This document shows positions 46,469 to 55,698 of a stretch of DNA of 64,000 nucleotides, piece by piece. Origin of the DNA: a virus. The position numbers were made by a program, and so were the translations under genes. Under the pieces are notes generated by a model that made no database searches, had not been told where the DNA came from, and was given only the letters and a program-made list of their open reading frames with translations. The stretch lies in the IMG/VR virus record IMGVR_UViG_3300040770_000184. One strand, given 5' to 3'. Numbering within the stretch: position 1 is the first letter of the stretch; every line of letters begins with the position of its first letter.

Positions 46469-48622
46469 TTACGCTGATCGGGTGTATCGCTTGGCTACCG
46501 ATACCATAATGGTGTTGTCGATCTCGTCTTCACCCAATGGCGTATTCAGTTTGTTGTTGAATGCGTGAACCTGCTTGCTCACCTCGATCAAAGACATACC
46601 ATTGTCCACAAGGGCCAAGGCATACTTGATCATCTGATTGTTGCGGTTACCCGAAGCAATCCGACCAGCAAACCAGCGTTCCAGGTTGTCCAATGACTCG
46701 ACTTTCTGGAACCCCGTTTTGAACTCTTCGTTCTTACGGGTCTTGGGGATGAATGGAAGTACGTCAAGCAACTGACCTTCCATGTTCAGATAGTAGTCAC
46801 CATCGTAAGCCTCCCACTTCTTAGCCCGTTGGTTCGCAGACTCGTCTGAGTTCCAGGGTAACCAAGCCATCACTAAGTCCATGAACTCCTTGTATTCCAA
46901 GGTGTCCAGCTCCAAGCGGTAGTTCATCGGGATCATGATGCGGAATCGATCGTGCCCCTCTGTCTGGTGTCGTTTGGTGGTGTACGTCATGAACTTGTAT
47001 TCAGACAGCAGGTCATGCACGGTGGCCAGAGACACGTCACCATCACAGTCGATGGTTATCATGTTGAAGCCAGTACGGACATTTTCCTCAGCACGGTGCC
47101 CATCTTTGAAATGGTGATTGCACCAGTGCATACCATTTGCTTGGGTAAGCATGTGCATCTGGTCAAAAGGCACTACCTCATTAAGATAGTTGTATGCCCA
47201 GTGCTCAGAGTAGGACACGACCATCTCATCCAGATTGGTTTCCTCCAGGGTTTCCCCACGGAAGAACTCAATACCGTCCACGAAGGACTTCTTGATGATG
47301 ATGTTGTTTTTGTAGCCGTGAGCTACAGCCATTGTCATTAGCTCATTACGAGCTGCGTTACTGGCCTTGTAGAACGGAAGAGCCTCGTGCAAGTCAGCAT
47401 GAGTCAGGTCAGACTTCACAGCAGCAATGTATTTGGCCAACTTAACGTAGGTCTTTTCTCGGTTGAGAATTGCTTGGAATGCCTTACCAGACTCTTCGAC
47501 CAGCAGCACAGCTTGCTTCAAGTGGATCATCTCAATTTCGATGCTCCCATCGATAAAGGCATACGCCCCTGCTAACTTGAGTGCCTTGAAGTAGCGGTGC
47601 TCCATTTCTGCTTTACGAATTTCTTCGTGCTCAGCATAGGTAGAAGCCAGTTTCTCGCAGTGAATCTTGTAGGTCAGCAGCTCGATGCCTACCTCATCTT
47701 CCACAACCATTTTCCAACCAAACACAGCCGGGTCGGCCAGTGAATGGAAGTGGTTAGCCCACTTATCCACAATTGCATGGTTGGTAGGGTTGATGAGATT
47801 TTTGTAAATCTCAGTCGGAGAGAGAGTGTTATGGGCCTTGTTGGCAGTGAAGCCCCAACCAAACAAGCAACGACGGGCGTAACCTGTTTCCAAGAACGAG
47901 TAAAACATGTCCTCGGTTGGTCCACCGTCTAGCAGCTTACCGGGAGTACCGAATAGCAGCATGTTGGTGGGGGTCTTACCATCCAGCTCCTCAGCCCTTT
48001 GGTTCTCGGCTGTATTCTTGGTCAGCTTTTGCTTAACAAGACCCTGGTCATACAGCTCCAGGTACAGCGTAAGAACTTCAGTTTGAGCAATGAGGTTGGA
48101 GCCAATCTCATCGATCTGCAGATTGAGGGAACCACAGTTAGCCATTACCAGCTTGTGTCGTAGCTGTTTAACAGCGGGCGTTGTAGCACTGTCGAAGGTG
48201 AATGGGATAGCACCAGCCCGACGAAACTCGGTTTCTGCTTTCTCAAATTCTTCTTGCTGGTCTGTTGCATTGCGGAGAGCACGCTCGTTGGCTATGTCCC
48301 ACAGATGCTTTTCTGCGACTACTGGAAAGGTATCCTCCATGAATCGCTTTTTAAAGCCAGCTAGAAAATCGCCTTCAACGATTGCAACAGAATGCCCTTT
48401 ACCGAAACCAGAGGTTGCTAAATTAAGGGCATACATATTGACCGGGATGTCGCCCCGATCTTTGGTGGAAATTGTTGCACGCATGCAGCTAGCAACTTTG
48501 GCCAAAAAGTAGGCCATTTCCACTCGGAAGAAGCCTCTGTCGGTGTTCTGCGTTTTGTTACACAGAACCTCAACAATTTCTTCGATGGCAGGGTGGTGTT
48601 CCACCCCGGTCAGATCAATCAT
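46469..48622 (-). CDS. DNA primase (N4 gp43-like) with C-terminal PriCT-like domain
   Basis: TIDCD, YTTKRH, RFRI primase-polymerase motifs; GNRNNQM C-terminal motif; N-terminal SGFGKG. Confidence 0.85.
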   Translation of the reverse strand: MIDLTGVEHHPAIEEIVEVLCNKTQNTDRGFFRVEMAYFLAKVASCMRATISTKDRGDIPVNMYALNLATSGFGKGHSVAIVEGDFLAGFKKRFMEDTFPVVAEKHLWDIANERALRNATDQQEEFEKAETEFRRAGAIPFTFDSATTPAVKQLRHKLVMANCGSLNLQIDEIGSNLIAQTEVLTLYLELYDQGLVKQKLTKNTAENQRAEELDGKTPTNMLLFGTPGKLLDGGPTEDMFYSFLETGYARRCLFGWGFTANKAHNTLSPTEIYKNLINPTNHAIVDKWANHFHSLADPAVFGWKMVVEDEVGIELLTYKIHCEKLASTYAEHEEIRKAEMEHRYFKALKLAGAYAFIDGSIEIEMIHLKQAVLLVEESGKAFQAILNREKTYVKLAKYIAAVKSDLTHADLHEALPFYKASNAARNELMTMAVAHGYKNNIIIKKSFVDGIEFFRGETLEETNLDEMVVSYSEHWAYNYLNEVVPFDQMHMLTQANGMHWCNHHFKDGHRAEENVRTGFNMITIDCDGDVSLATVHDLLSEYKFMTYTTKRHQTEGHDRFRIMIPMNYRLELDTLEYKEFMDLVMAWLPWNSDESANQRAKKWEAYDGDYYLNMEGQLLDVLPFIPKTRKNEEFKTGFQKVESLDNLERWFAGRIASGNRNNQMIKYALALVDNGMSLIEVSKQVHAFNNKLNTPLGEDEIDNTIMVSVAKRYTRSA

Positions 48623-48640
48623 GTGCTACCCCATTGTTTA

Positions 48641-49639
48641 TCAAGTTGGTTGGTATTTGGGAAACTGATCCTTCTGCTTGCACAGATCGAAGGCGTCACA
48701 GTAATCGCAACGCTTTGGTTCCCCTTTTTCGATAATGACTATGCCCTTACCGGCTTTTTCAGCCTGATACGCACGAGCTTCTTTTTCAGTATCGAAGTTT
48801 TTGGTTGAACGCCCTGCCGTGTTGGCTGGGTTGGCGTAGTACTTAAACTTTGGATCCGACATCCACAAGTCTTCTTCAGAGCAGAGAGGCACATCCTTTT
48901 CAGGAACCTCCATGAACTTCAGGACTTGCGTGAGCTTATCTACTACCCAGTTCTCGGTAGCAGCCACTTCCAGTAGAGGAATGTCTTTGTGCTCAACCCG
49001 TTGTTTTGGGTACTTGGGGTTTTGCTTAGTCTGGGATTTCTGCCAGTCCGTAAAGATGTAGTTAATCCTGATGAAATCTTCATAGATTTTATCCGGGTTC
49101 AGCCAGCGGTAGATGCTGCCTTGTAACTGGTGTTCCTCATCACGCCCACCGTACACCCAGGTGTAGGCAGAAGTGGTCTTGGTATCTTGAACGATACCCT
49201 CGGTCACCATGTCGAACTTACCCCCCACAGTCCACGTCAAACCGCCTGCCTTTACTTTCTTCAAGGCACGCTGCTCAACGTACACAGCAATGGAGTTAGG
49301 GATTGCAGCCAGCTCTTCAGGAGTGGCATTGACCAAGATACGATCAATTACGTCCTGTGGATAACCCAGCTTAGCTAGGTTGACCTTGTAGCCTTTGACC
49401 CATGCTTTCTCCACAGAATCGTGGATGGAATGGCCAAGTGCCCGTGCAATGTAATCTTCCACGTCAGCAGTTCGGCTACCGGGCGGTACACGACGGCCCA
49501 GAACGATTTGCCGCAAAGGCTTCATCAAGGCAGTAGCCGAGATGTAGTTTTCCTCTTTGCTGTAATCGTATTCGTCATGCACCAGCCATACGGCCAGGGC
49601 CAGCGAGATGCCGGTGTTGTTTGTAATGGTGTTTTTCAC
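48641..49639 (-). CDS. PD-(D/E)XK exonuclease (N4 gp42-like)
   Basis: GKFD..DTK..Q...Y nuclease motifs; C-terminal RCDYC..C cluster. Confidence 0.85.
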   Translation of the reverse strand: MKNTITNNTGISLALAVWLVHDEYDYSKEENYISATALMKPLRQIVLGRRVPPGSRTADVEDYIARALGHSIHDSVEKAWVKGYKVNLAKLGYPQDVIDRILVNATPEELAAIPNSIAVYVEQRALKKVKAGGLTWTVGGKFDMVTEGIVQDTKTTSAYTWVYGGRDEEHQLQGSIYRWLNPDKIYEDFIRINYIFTDWQKSQTKQNPKYPKQRVEHKDIPLLEVAATENWVVDKLTQVLKFMEVPEKDVPLCSEEDLWMSDPKFKYYANPANTAGRSTKNFDTEKEARAYQAEKAGKGIVIIEKGEPKRCDYCDAFDLCKQKDQFPKYQPT

Positions 49640-49679
49640 GGTGGGACCCTCAGAACTGGGGCTTATTTAGCCCCTTGGT

Positions 49680-49976
49680 TCAGCTTGCTTGATTTGGGTA
49701 GATACCTGCGGCTATCAGCTCACTTTTCAAGGAGCGTTGGGCATAATGGACCCGTTTTTCAGCGTCGTACACAGCCTTGTGATCTGGCTTGCCATTGCCC
49801 AAACGTGCTGCAGCAGTACGCCAGATAGCCTTAAACTCACAGAACTCGTCTGGAGTCATTTTAAGGGCTTGAGCGATGTCCTCACACTCAGCCTGGTAGG
49901 GCATTTGGTCTTTCCGTTGGGGATACAGAACCTGAGCCAAGTAGTAATTAACTTTCCCCCCAGTGAGCTTACTCAC
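49680..49976 (-). CDS. Conserved N4-like hypothetical protein
   Basis: TGGKVNYY, FKAIWR, YDAEK motifs; synteny. Confidence 0.75.
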   Translation of the reverse strand: MSKLTGGKVNYYLAQVLYPQRKDQMPYQAECEDIAQALKMTPDEFCEFKAIWRTAAARLGNGKPDHKAVYDAEKRVHYAQRSLKSELIAAGIYPNQAS

Positions 49977-50275
49977 TATTGCACCGTTGGGATTTCAGGA
50001 ACGTTGAGGAACTGGACTTGTGTCATGGCACCCAGCGAAAAGATCGTAGCGAATTTCACGTCTACCACGATGATTTCAATACCCTGCACTTTGTTGTGCA
50101 GTTGAACTTGCATTGCCTGCTGGGCACGACCGAGATCGGTGGTGTTCAGATAAACATTTTCGCTGGCAATGACAGCGTTTTCAAAGGTGGATTGGACCTC
50201 CTCCGAGTCTTTTTCATGGAAGAAGACGTGACCGGTGGCCATAAAGTAGTTCTTGGTAACTTCTTGTTTACTCAC
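49976..50275 (-). CDS. Hypothetical protein (99 aa)
   Basis: Coupled ORF downstream of DNA polymerase. Confidence 0.7.
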   Translation of the reverse strand: MSKQEVTKNYFMATGHVFFHEKDSEEVQSTFENAVIASENVYLNTTDLGRAQQAMQVQLHNKVQGIEIIVVDVKFATIFSLGAMTQVQFLNVPEIPTVQ

Positions 50276-50328
50276 AAGTTCTCTCCAGTTTTGTAGGTCA
50301 CCAATTGATGACCGGGTGTACCTGTCCC

Positions 50329-52950
50329 TTATGGGTACAGGCTGGTAACGTGTTGCTCGATGACGTGGCGTATCTCTTCCTCGGAAGCCCCGTTTGGTAT
50401 CTCAGCTTCCTTACCCCAATGAGGCCAGAACAGGGATAAATCCCCGCCTAAGCCAACGTCAGGGTGGTATATATCAGGATGATCCTGCCACTTGACTGCT
50501 TTCACCAGATGCTCGTTGGTGTACATAACGGCATCGATGTTGTCACGGATGAGGTAATAGCTTGCGTCATGGATTTGGGCACACGGACGAATATCTAGCC
50601 GGTACTCGCTATCTCTGACCTTCCCCATAAACTCCGATGCTGCACGGGAGTTCAGTAAGCACCAGCCTTGCCCCAAAGCATTGCCTGCAGTACGTCCTTC
50701 AGCTTCTGCTTCAAAGGGAGTACGTGAGTTTCCACGAATCACTTGATGCAGTAGTGGGGTGCGTACACGCAATCCAAAGGCTGTTGTGATGTAACCGTCT
50801 TTGCTAGCCTGATCCAGCTTATCAGCAATCCACTGGTCTGAAACGACGTATAGAGCGTGGTACTGCTTCTCTACTGATTTGGACATAGCTTCGGAGAACC
50901 CACAGTTGGCCATCAAAGTAATGTAAGTACCTTGATATGTCAGGGCAAAAGTAGGCGCTTTTGAGTCTCCCCGTAGATCTGGGTACTTTTTCTGAATACT
51001 GTTAATTGATTCAACAGTGTCCACAATATCGGGGAGTTGGTCCCGAAAATACGCAAACGTCCGTAAGCAGTGACCATCATAACCGTCGGTGTAAACCTTT
51101 AGCTTGTTTGGGTCTTTGGTGGTCAGGGCACTGATTCGATCCTCAAGGGATGCAAAATCGAGGCCCATAAACAACCAACCGGGTGGGGCTTCAAAACAAG
51201 ATTTGATGAGCTTGGCGTAGCGTGAGCTGGCCGGTAGGTTTTGCATGTTCGGTTTGCTTGAAGACAACCGTCCAGAAACCGTCCCACCAAGGTTGTAGTT
51301 ACCAAAGAGGTAATACCAACCGTCTGGGCCTAGAGCAGCCCCCTCCATTGCAACAATGAAGGTAGTGAGAATCTTGTTTACGTCTTTGAAATCCTGCAGG
51401 GCCTGCAGCAGAGTTTTGATCTCTGGGTCAGCAGTGTGATTCAGCAATGCTTTTAGCGCATCGCCGTCAGCAGATGGTTGCTTTGTTTTGGTGCGGGAAA
51501 TGATGGGCAAGCCCAGCATGTTAAACAGTAAATCAACCAACTGATCTGGTGAATTGGGGTTAAACACCTCATTTACGTCAGCAATTGTGATGACTTTCTT
51601 TTTGTACTCTTTGTTCTTTTTGATCACCAAAGCTTCGTTTGCTTGGTAAGTAAAGCGTTGAATCAATGGAGAACCTTGAATTAGGGACATGGCCCGTTTT
51701 TCTTCGGTTAGCAGGATCTGCTTTACCTCTTTAACCCGCTTCATGTTGATAGGCATGCCCGTCAACTGCATCTGTAAGATGTCTTTGGTAGCTGGTTTAA
51801 AGATGGTTTCGTAGATCTCTTCCTGCTGGTCTGCCAGCATTTGAGGCTTACGCTTTTTATGCACGAACCAAGTAGCAAGACCATCCACCAGGTTGTATTC
51901 CAGTAGCTTGGCTCTTGGAATCCGGGTGATGTCCTTTATGTCCTCGCTATCCATTGCGTAGTTACCAGCGAACTCATGTGCCTGGTCTTTGAGACTGAGC
52001 TTGTTTCCAGAACAGGAGTTTGTAGCGAGGTAGGAAATTAGCTTGGTGCAGTCCCAGTTTCTGAGCATGCAGTCGATACCGTTAAGCAAGCCTTCGGTAT
52101 CGAGTATGCCATCCATGAATAGCTGGTATGCGAGCACGTATGCGTCAAAGGCAATGTTGTGATAAATCGCTTTTTGCCGGTAGCTCTGGAAGAACTCTTT
52201 CAGCAATGCACGTACCTCAGTGTTGTACACCTGACGCCCGTAGTGCTGTATCTCGTTATCACCTACCACTTCAATCCAAGGATCGTCTGTGTAGTCCACA
52301 GGAAAGGCAATGCCTTCGTGTTCGTTCCAAGCGATAGAGATGGTGCCAATGCCTGCCTTATGGTGCTTTAGATCGAATGTCTCAATATCGAACGTCAGTG
52401 GGCAGTTCATTGCCAATAGCTTTTTAAGCCACTGTGCGATGTCTGCTACCTCTGTCGGGTATTGGGCAAAGTGGATGATCCCGCTGCCCGGTGCTTGGTA
52501 GTTACCACCCTGGGCTGCTACAAGAGCTTCCATGCTCATGTCGATTTTGGCAGTAACCTTAATCGGGTCATAGAACTTGGCTTTGTAGTTGGGCACATAG
52601 ATGACCTTAAAGTCCCCCATTGTGGAGTCCAGTAGGTAACCTAAGTGAACGTCAGCCTTGGCTGTTTTGGTGAGTGCTTTGAAATAGTCAGCATCAGCAA
52701 CCATTACATACTTGGTTCCAGCATCCTTTAATACCGGGCAAATGATTTCTTCCAAATAACGACGCATCTCAGCCATTGGGGTTTTCTTTTTGCCTGGGGC
52801 GTAGTGCAACCCCAGTATCAATACCTCTTCTTCATTTACTCCGTATGGCGTGATGTAATGCTTTTTCAAGTCATCCTTACGGATTTGCGGCACTAGGAAG
52901 GTAACTGGGTAGGTTTCCTGTTCTTCTTTTGAGAAATACAAATAGTGCAT
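50329..52950 (-). CDS. Family A DNA polymerase (N4 gp39-like), 873 aa
   Basis: FDIET 3'-5' exonuclease, TVSGRLSS, LDFASLEDR (motif A), SKAPTFALTYQG (motif B), QIHDA (motif C); start MHYLYF at 52950. Confidence 0.95.
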   Translation of the reverse strand: MHYLYFSKEEQETYPVTFLVPQIRKDDLKKHYITPYGVNEEEVLILGLHYAPGKKKTPMAEMRRYLEEIICPVLKDAGTKYVMVADADYFKALTKTAKADVHLGYLLDSTMGDFKVIYVPNYKAKFYDPIKVTAKIDMSMEALVAAQGGNYQAPGSGIIHFAQYPTEVADIAQWLKKLLAMNCPLTFDIETFDLKHHKAGIGTISIAWNEHEGIAFPVDYTDDPWIEVVGDNEIQHYGRQVYNTEVRALLKEFFQSYRQKAIYHNIAFDAYVLAYQLFMDGILDTEGLLNGIDCMLRNWDCTKLISYLATNSCSGNKLSLKDQAHEFAGNYAMDSEDIKDITRIPRAKLLEYNLVDGLATWFVHKKRKPQMLADQQEEIYETIFKPATKDILQMQLTGMPINMKRVKEVKQILLTEEKRAMSLIQGSPLIQRFTYQANEALVIKKNKEYKKKVITIADVNEVFNPNSPDQLVDLLFNMLGLPIISRTKTKQPSADGDALKALLNHTADPEIKTLLQALQDFKDVNKILTTFIVAMEGAALGPDGWYYLFGNYNLGGTVSGRLSSSKPNMQNLPASSRYAKLIKSCFEAPPGWLFMGLDFASLEDRISALTTKDPNKLKVYTDGYDGHCLRTFAYFRDQLPDIVDTVESINSIQKKYPDLRGDSKAPTFALTYQGTYITLMANCGFSEAMSKSVEKQYHALYVVSDQWIADKLDQASKDGYITTAFGLRVRTPLLHQVIRGNSRTPFEAEAEGRTAGNALGQGWCLLNSRAASEFMGKVRDSEYRLDIRPCAQIHDASYYLIRDNIDAVMYTNEHLVKAVKWQDHPDIYHPDVGLGGDLSLFWPHWGKEAEIPNGASEEEIRHVIEQHVTSLYP

Positions 52951-52960
52951 AACAGGTTCC

Positions 52961-53467
52961 TTAGTAGAGCAACCTAGTTGCCGTATACAGTTGAATTTTA
53001 GGGAGGATTTGCTGGTACTGGCGATACGCTCTTTCGTCACTTTTGAGTAAATACCCATCAGTGAACTGTCGAGGCATGGCCTGTAAGTCGGGGACAAGGC
53101 TAACAAGAGCCTCGGGTAAGCAGTCCCTTACCTCACGAGCGTCGTTGCATTGAACGAGCAGTTTATAGAGAACCTGCTCAATCATTTTCCGGTCGTGTGC
53201 CACCATCTCCATGCTTTGCTTGAAGTCTTTTGCTACCTTGTTTAAAGAGAAAGACAGCGATGTGTGGCGTTGACCTCCGGGCAAATACGGTGAATTTTTG
53301 GGCGTGTACTGCACTCCTTCATAAATGAAACCGTAGGAGTTATGGCCTTTGGCTTCCCGGTTCTGTTGATCCAGATCCTCCACCATCTTATCCAGCCTAC
53401 GGTACTCAGCCACGAATAGAGCGTCTGTCAGTTTTGTTATCAACTGATCCATACGCTGAATGGCCAT
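52961..53467 (-). CDS. N4 gp38-like hypothetical protein
   Basis: Between helicase and polymerase; AGGT SD before ATG at 53467. Confidence 0.75.
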   Translation of the reverse strand: MAIQRMDQLITKLTDALFVAEYRRLDKMVEDLDQQNREAKGHNSYGFIYEGVQYTPKNSPYLPGGQRHTSLSFSLNKVAKDFKQSMEMVAHDRKMIEQVLYKLLVQCNDAREVRDCLPEALVSLVPDLQAMPRQFTDGYLLKSDERAYRQYQQILPKIQLYTATRLLY

Positions 53468-53474
53468 AAGGCAC

Positions 53475-54776
53475 CTATTGAATGAACTCACCGTACTTCT
53501 CTGCCAAGGTGCCATAGAAGGCAACCCGGTTACGGGCACGGGATACAGCTACGTAAAACAACCGTGCTGCTTGGTTTTGGTTGTGGCATGACGAGAGATT
53601 CGTCACGTCTACGTAGACCGTGTTGCACGAAGAGCCTTGGGCTTTGTAGACGGTGGCCGCATCGCGTTGACGGAAGTCTGGGTAGGTATTTTTCAAATGA
53701 AAGTACCGGGTCCAGTCTTTGTTTTTTTGGTAATACTTTACCAAGGCCGTGTAATGGGCACGGTCAGCAGGGATTGGTACGTCGTACAGAATTTCCCCAC
53801 GGGAGTTCTGAATGGTGGCTAAACGAATGTCCATCTGCACATCAGGAGCAATGTCCACCGAGGTGACAATGGACGACACTGTCTGTAGGTAGATTTCTTC
53901 TTCTACAGACAGTCGTGCTTTACCAATACGGATGGCAGCGTTATTCACTACATACTCACCGGCTTGGAAATCAGCAGGCAAGCTACGAATTTCACGGATA
54001 AACGAGTTGTAATCGATCACACGTTGGTTTGTGTAGGCCAGAATACGATCGTCTGTCTGTACAGCGAAACGGGCAGTAACCTCGTGCTCCATCTGCTCAT
54101 CATCAAGATGATCGATGATGCCTGGAACCAATTGGATTGGATTGAACTTGCCTGTTTGAACAGTGGTACGGAACTGGGCATTCAAAGCCTGCAGCGCAGG
54201 AACACTTGTTCTCATTGGTTCAAGCAGTTCAAAGATAGGCAGCTTCTGGTTGTAAACAGGGCTGATCTTTTCTTTTACAGGGGCCAATTGATCTTTGTCC
54301 CCTACGTAGATGATCTTGCACTTCATTGTGCCTTCTTTGATCGCATCGTAAAGATCCGAATCGATCATTGAAGCTTCGTCGATAAAGATGATTTTGCGTT
54401 GGTGAATTTGCCAACTACGGGACTTGGAAATTTTTACCACACCAGTGCTGAAATCCTCTTTAACTACGAGGTTCATAAAGCTGTGGATTGTCTCGGTAGG
54501 TCGCATGGTCTGCGTACCCAGCACTTCTGCAGCCTTGTTGGTCGTGGCTGTCATAACCACTTCTTGAAACTCAGCTGGAATGTTCATCAACTGGCACGCC
54601 TCGAAATACCGGGGCAGTACAACGTCGATGAGGTTACCCATCAGGAAGGTTTTACCTACGCCACCGGGACCGCTAATGCACAGTTCCTTTTGATCACTGA
54701 AGAGGAAATTAAAGAATCCTTCAGAGGCTGCTTCTTGTCCCTCATTTAGAGGGAGTCTTTGTACATGATCGAACAT
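53475..54776 (-). CDS. SF1B Dda/RecD-like DNA helicase (N4 gp37-like)
   Basis: GPGGVGKT, FIDEASM, VGDKDQL, TVYKAQGS, YVAVSRA motifs. Confidence 0.93.
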   Translation of the reverse strand: MFDHVQRLPLNEGQEAASEGFFNFLFSDQKELCISGPGGVGKTFLMGNLIDVVLPRYFEACQLMNIPAEFQEVVMTATTNKAAEVLGTQTMRPTETIHSFMNLVVKEDFSTGVVKISKSRSWQIHQRKIIFIDEASMIDSDLYDAIKEGTMKCKIIYVGDKDQLAPVKEKISPVYNQKLPIFELLEPMRTSVPALQALNAQFRTTVQTGKFNPIQLVPGIIDHLDDEQMEHEVTARFAVQTDDRILAYTNQRVIDYNSFIREIRSLPADFQAGEYVVNNAAIRIGKARLSVEEEIYLQTVSSIVTSVDIAPDVQMDIRLATIQNSRGEILYDVPIPADRAHYTALVKYYQKNKDWTRYFHLKNTYPDFRQRDAATVYKAQGSSCNTVYVDVTNLSSCHNQNQAARLFYVAVSRARNRVAFYGTLAEKYGEFIQ

Positions 54777-54790
54777 TGGGGGATTCTCCT

Positions 54791-54816
54791 AAGAAAAACC
54801 CCCGATATACGGGGGT
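54791..54816 (-). terminator. Intrinsic terminator
   Basis: ACCCCCG-TATAT-CGGGGGT followed by TTTTCTT on minus strand. Confidence 0.75.
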
Positions 54817-54836
54817 CTTTACTGCCTGATTCCAGC

Positions 54837-55316
54837 TTACTGCTGGGGAAGGTATGGACGGAGCACAGGCTTGCTGTAGTTCGGTCCTTTCATGATCTTG
54901 CGGTTTTCGTTGAAAATGGGGTTACCTTTTTCATCGAACTTACTGAAGTTGGAGCGATTGACCTCGGTCATTGCACCGACCATATCCATGCCAAGCATGT
55001 GACCTGTACCAGTAGCAGTAACGATTTGATCGCATAGAGCGTCCAAGAAAAGCTCTGCATTTTCGCCTTTAGGTACTTCAATGGCATACTCGTTTTGCTT
55101 GAGAATGTCAGCTACAGCGGCCATAGCCATGGCTGCGGCACTAAGAAGCATGGTGACCATTGCATCGTTGCCTTGCAGGGCTTCCAAGGATTCAGCCACT
55201 TCCTCGTAATGCACACCCAGCTGAGTGCTGAAGTTTTTACGAGTAGGATTTGGCACTGCCTTGTCAAACCAGGTTTTGGTGTCAAGGAGAGTACAGTTTT
55301 CAAAAGTACGGTTCAT
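54837..55316 (-). CDS. MazG-like NTP pyrophosphohydrolase (all-alpha HAD/PRA-PH-like phage family)
   Basis: EEVAE, LDALCDQIVT, EVNRSNFSK..GKIMKGP-like motifs. Confidence 0.85.
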   Translation of the reverse strand: MNRTFENCTLLDTKTWFDKAVPNPTRKNFSTQLGVHYEEVAESLEALQGNDAMVTMLLSAAAMAMAAVADILKQNEYAIEVPKGENAELFLDALCDQIVTATGTGHMLGMDMVGAMTEVNRSNFSKFDEKGNPIFNENRKIMKGPNYSKPVLRPYLPQQ

Positions 55317-55325
55317 TTTGGATCC

Positions 55326-55634
55326 TTACGGAATACGCTTTTTATGAGCCTCCACCAACAAACGACGAACGTATGTTTTGATGGAGATGTTTTGGGTCTC
55401 CAACAGGTCGGCAAGCCATTCCTGCTGGTCTGTATTAAGCTGAACGAACACGTCTTCCATAAAGGTTCGACGGGTATCTGACGGCTCCACTCCCAAGGAT
55501 TTGAGTCGAAGGGTTACCGTTGTCGGGTGACACCCTAAGAGCTTGGCAATAGTAGCCAGCGAGAGACCTACGCTATTGAGGCGAACAATGTCGCCATCAG
55601 TAGCCTTACGATTTACACGATATGCGGTTGACAT
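55326..55634 (-). CDS. HTH DNA-binding protein
   Basis: SLATIAKLLGCHPTTVTLRL helix-turn-helix; start MSTAYR preferred. Confidence 0.8.
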   Translation of the reverse strand: MSTAYRVNRKATDGDIVRLNSVGLSLATIAKLLGCHPTTVTLRLKSLGVEPSDTRRTFMEDVFVQLNTDQQEWLADLLETQNISIKTYVRRLLVEAHKKRIP

Positions 55635-55698
55635 GGCCGTACTTCTCCATAAAAGATACCTCCAGTCTATAAGACTAGAGGTATCTAGGGGAAGAGCC

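Noticed and set aside
44805-46477. 279-aa and 282-aa plus-strand ORFs opposite SSB and AAA ATPase
   Set aside because: Shadow ORFs; the minus-strand genes carry clear family motifs
50329-52950. Intron or intein in DNA polymerase, terminase or helicase
   Set aside because: Motifs are contiguous at normal spacing; no C-terminal HN-C/S/T splice junction or homing endonuclease motif seen
52951-53106. N-terminal extension of DNA polymerase in the ORF track
   Set aside because: Overlaps the upstream gene in another frame; start at 52950 fits better
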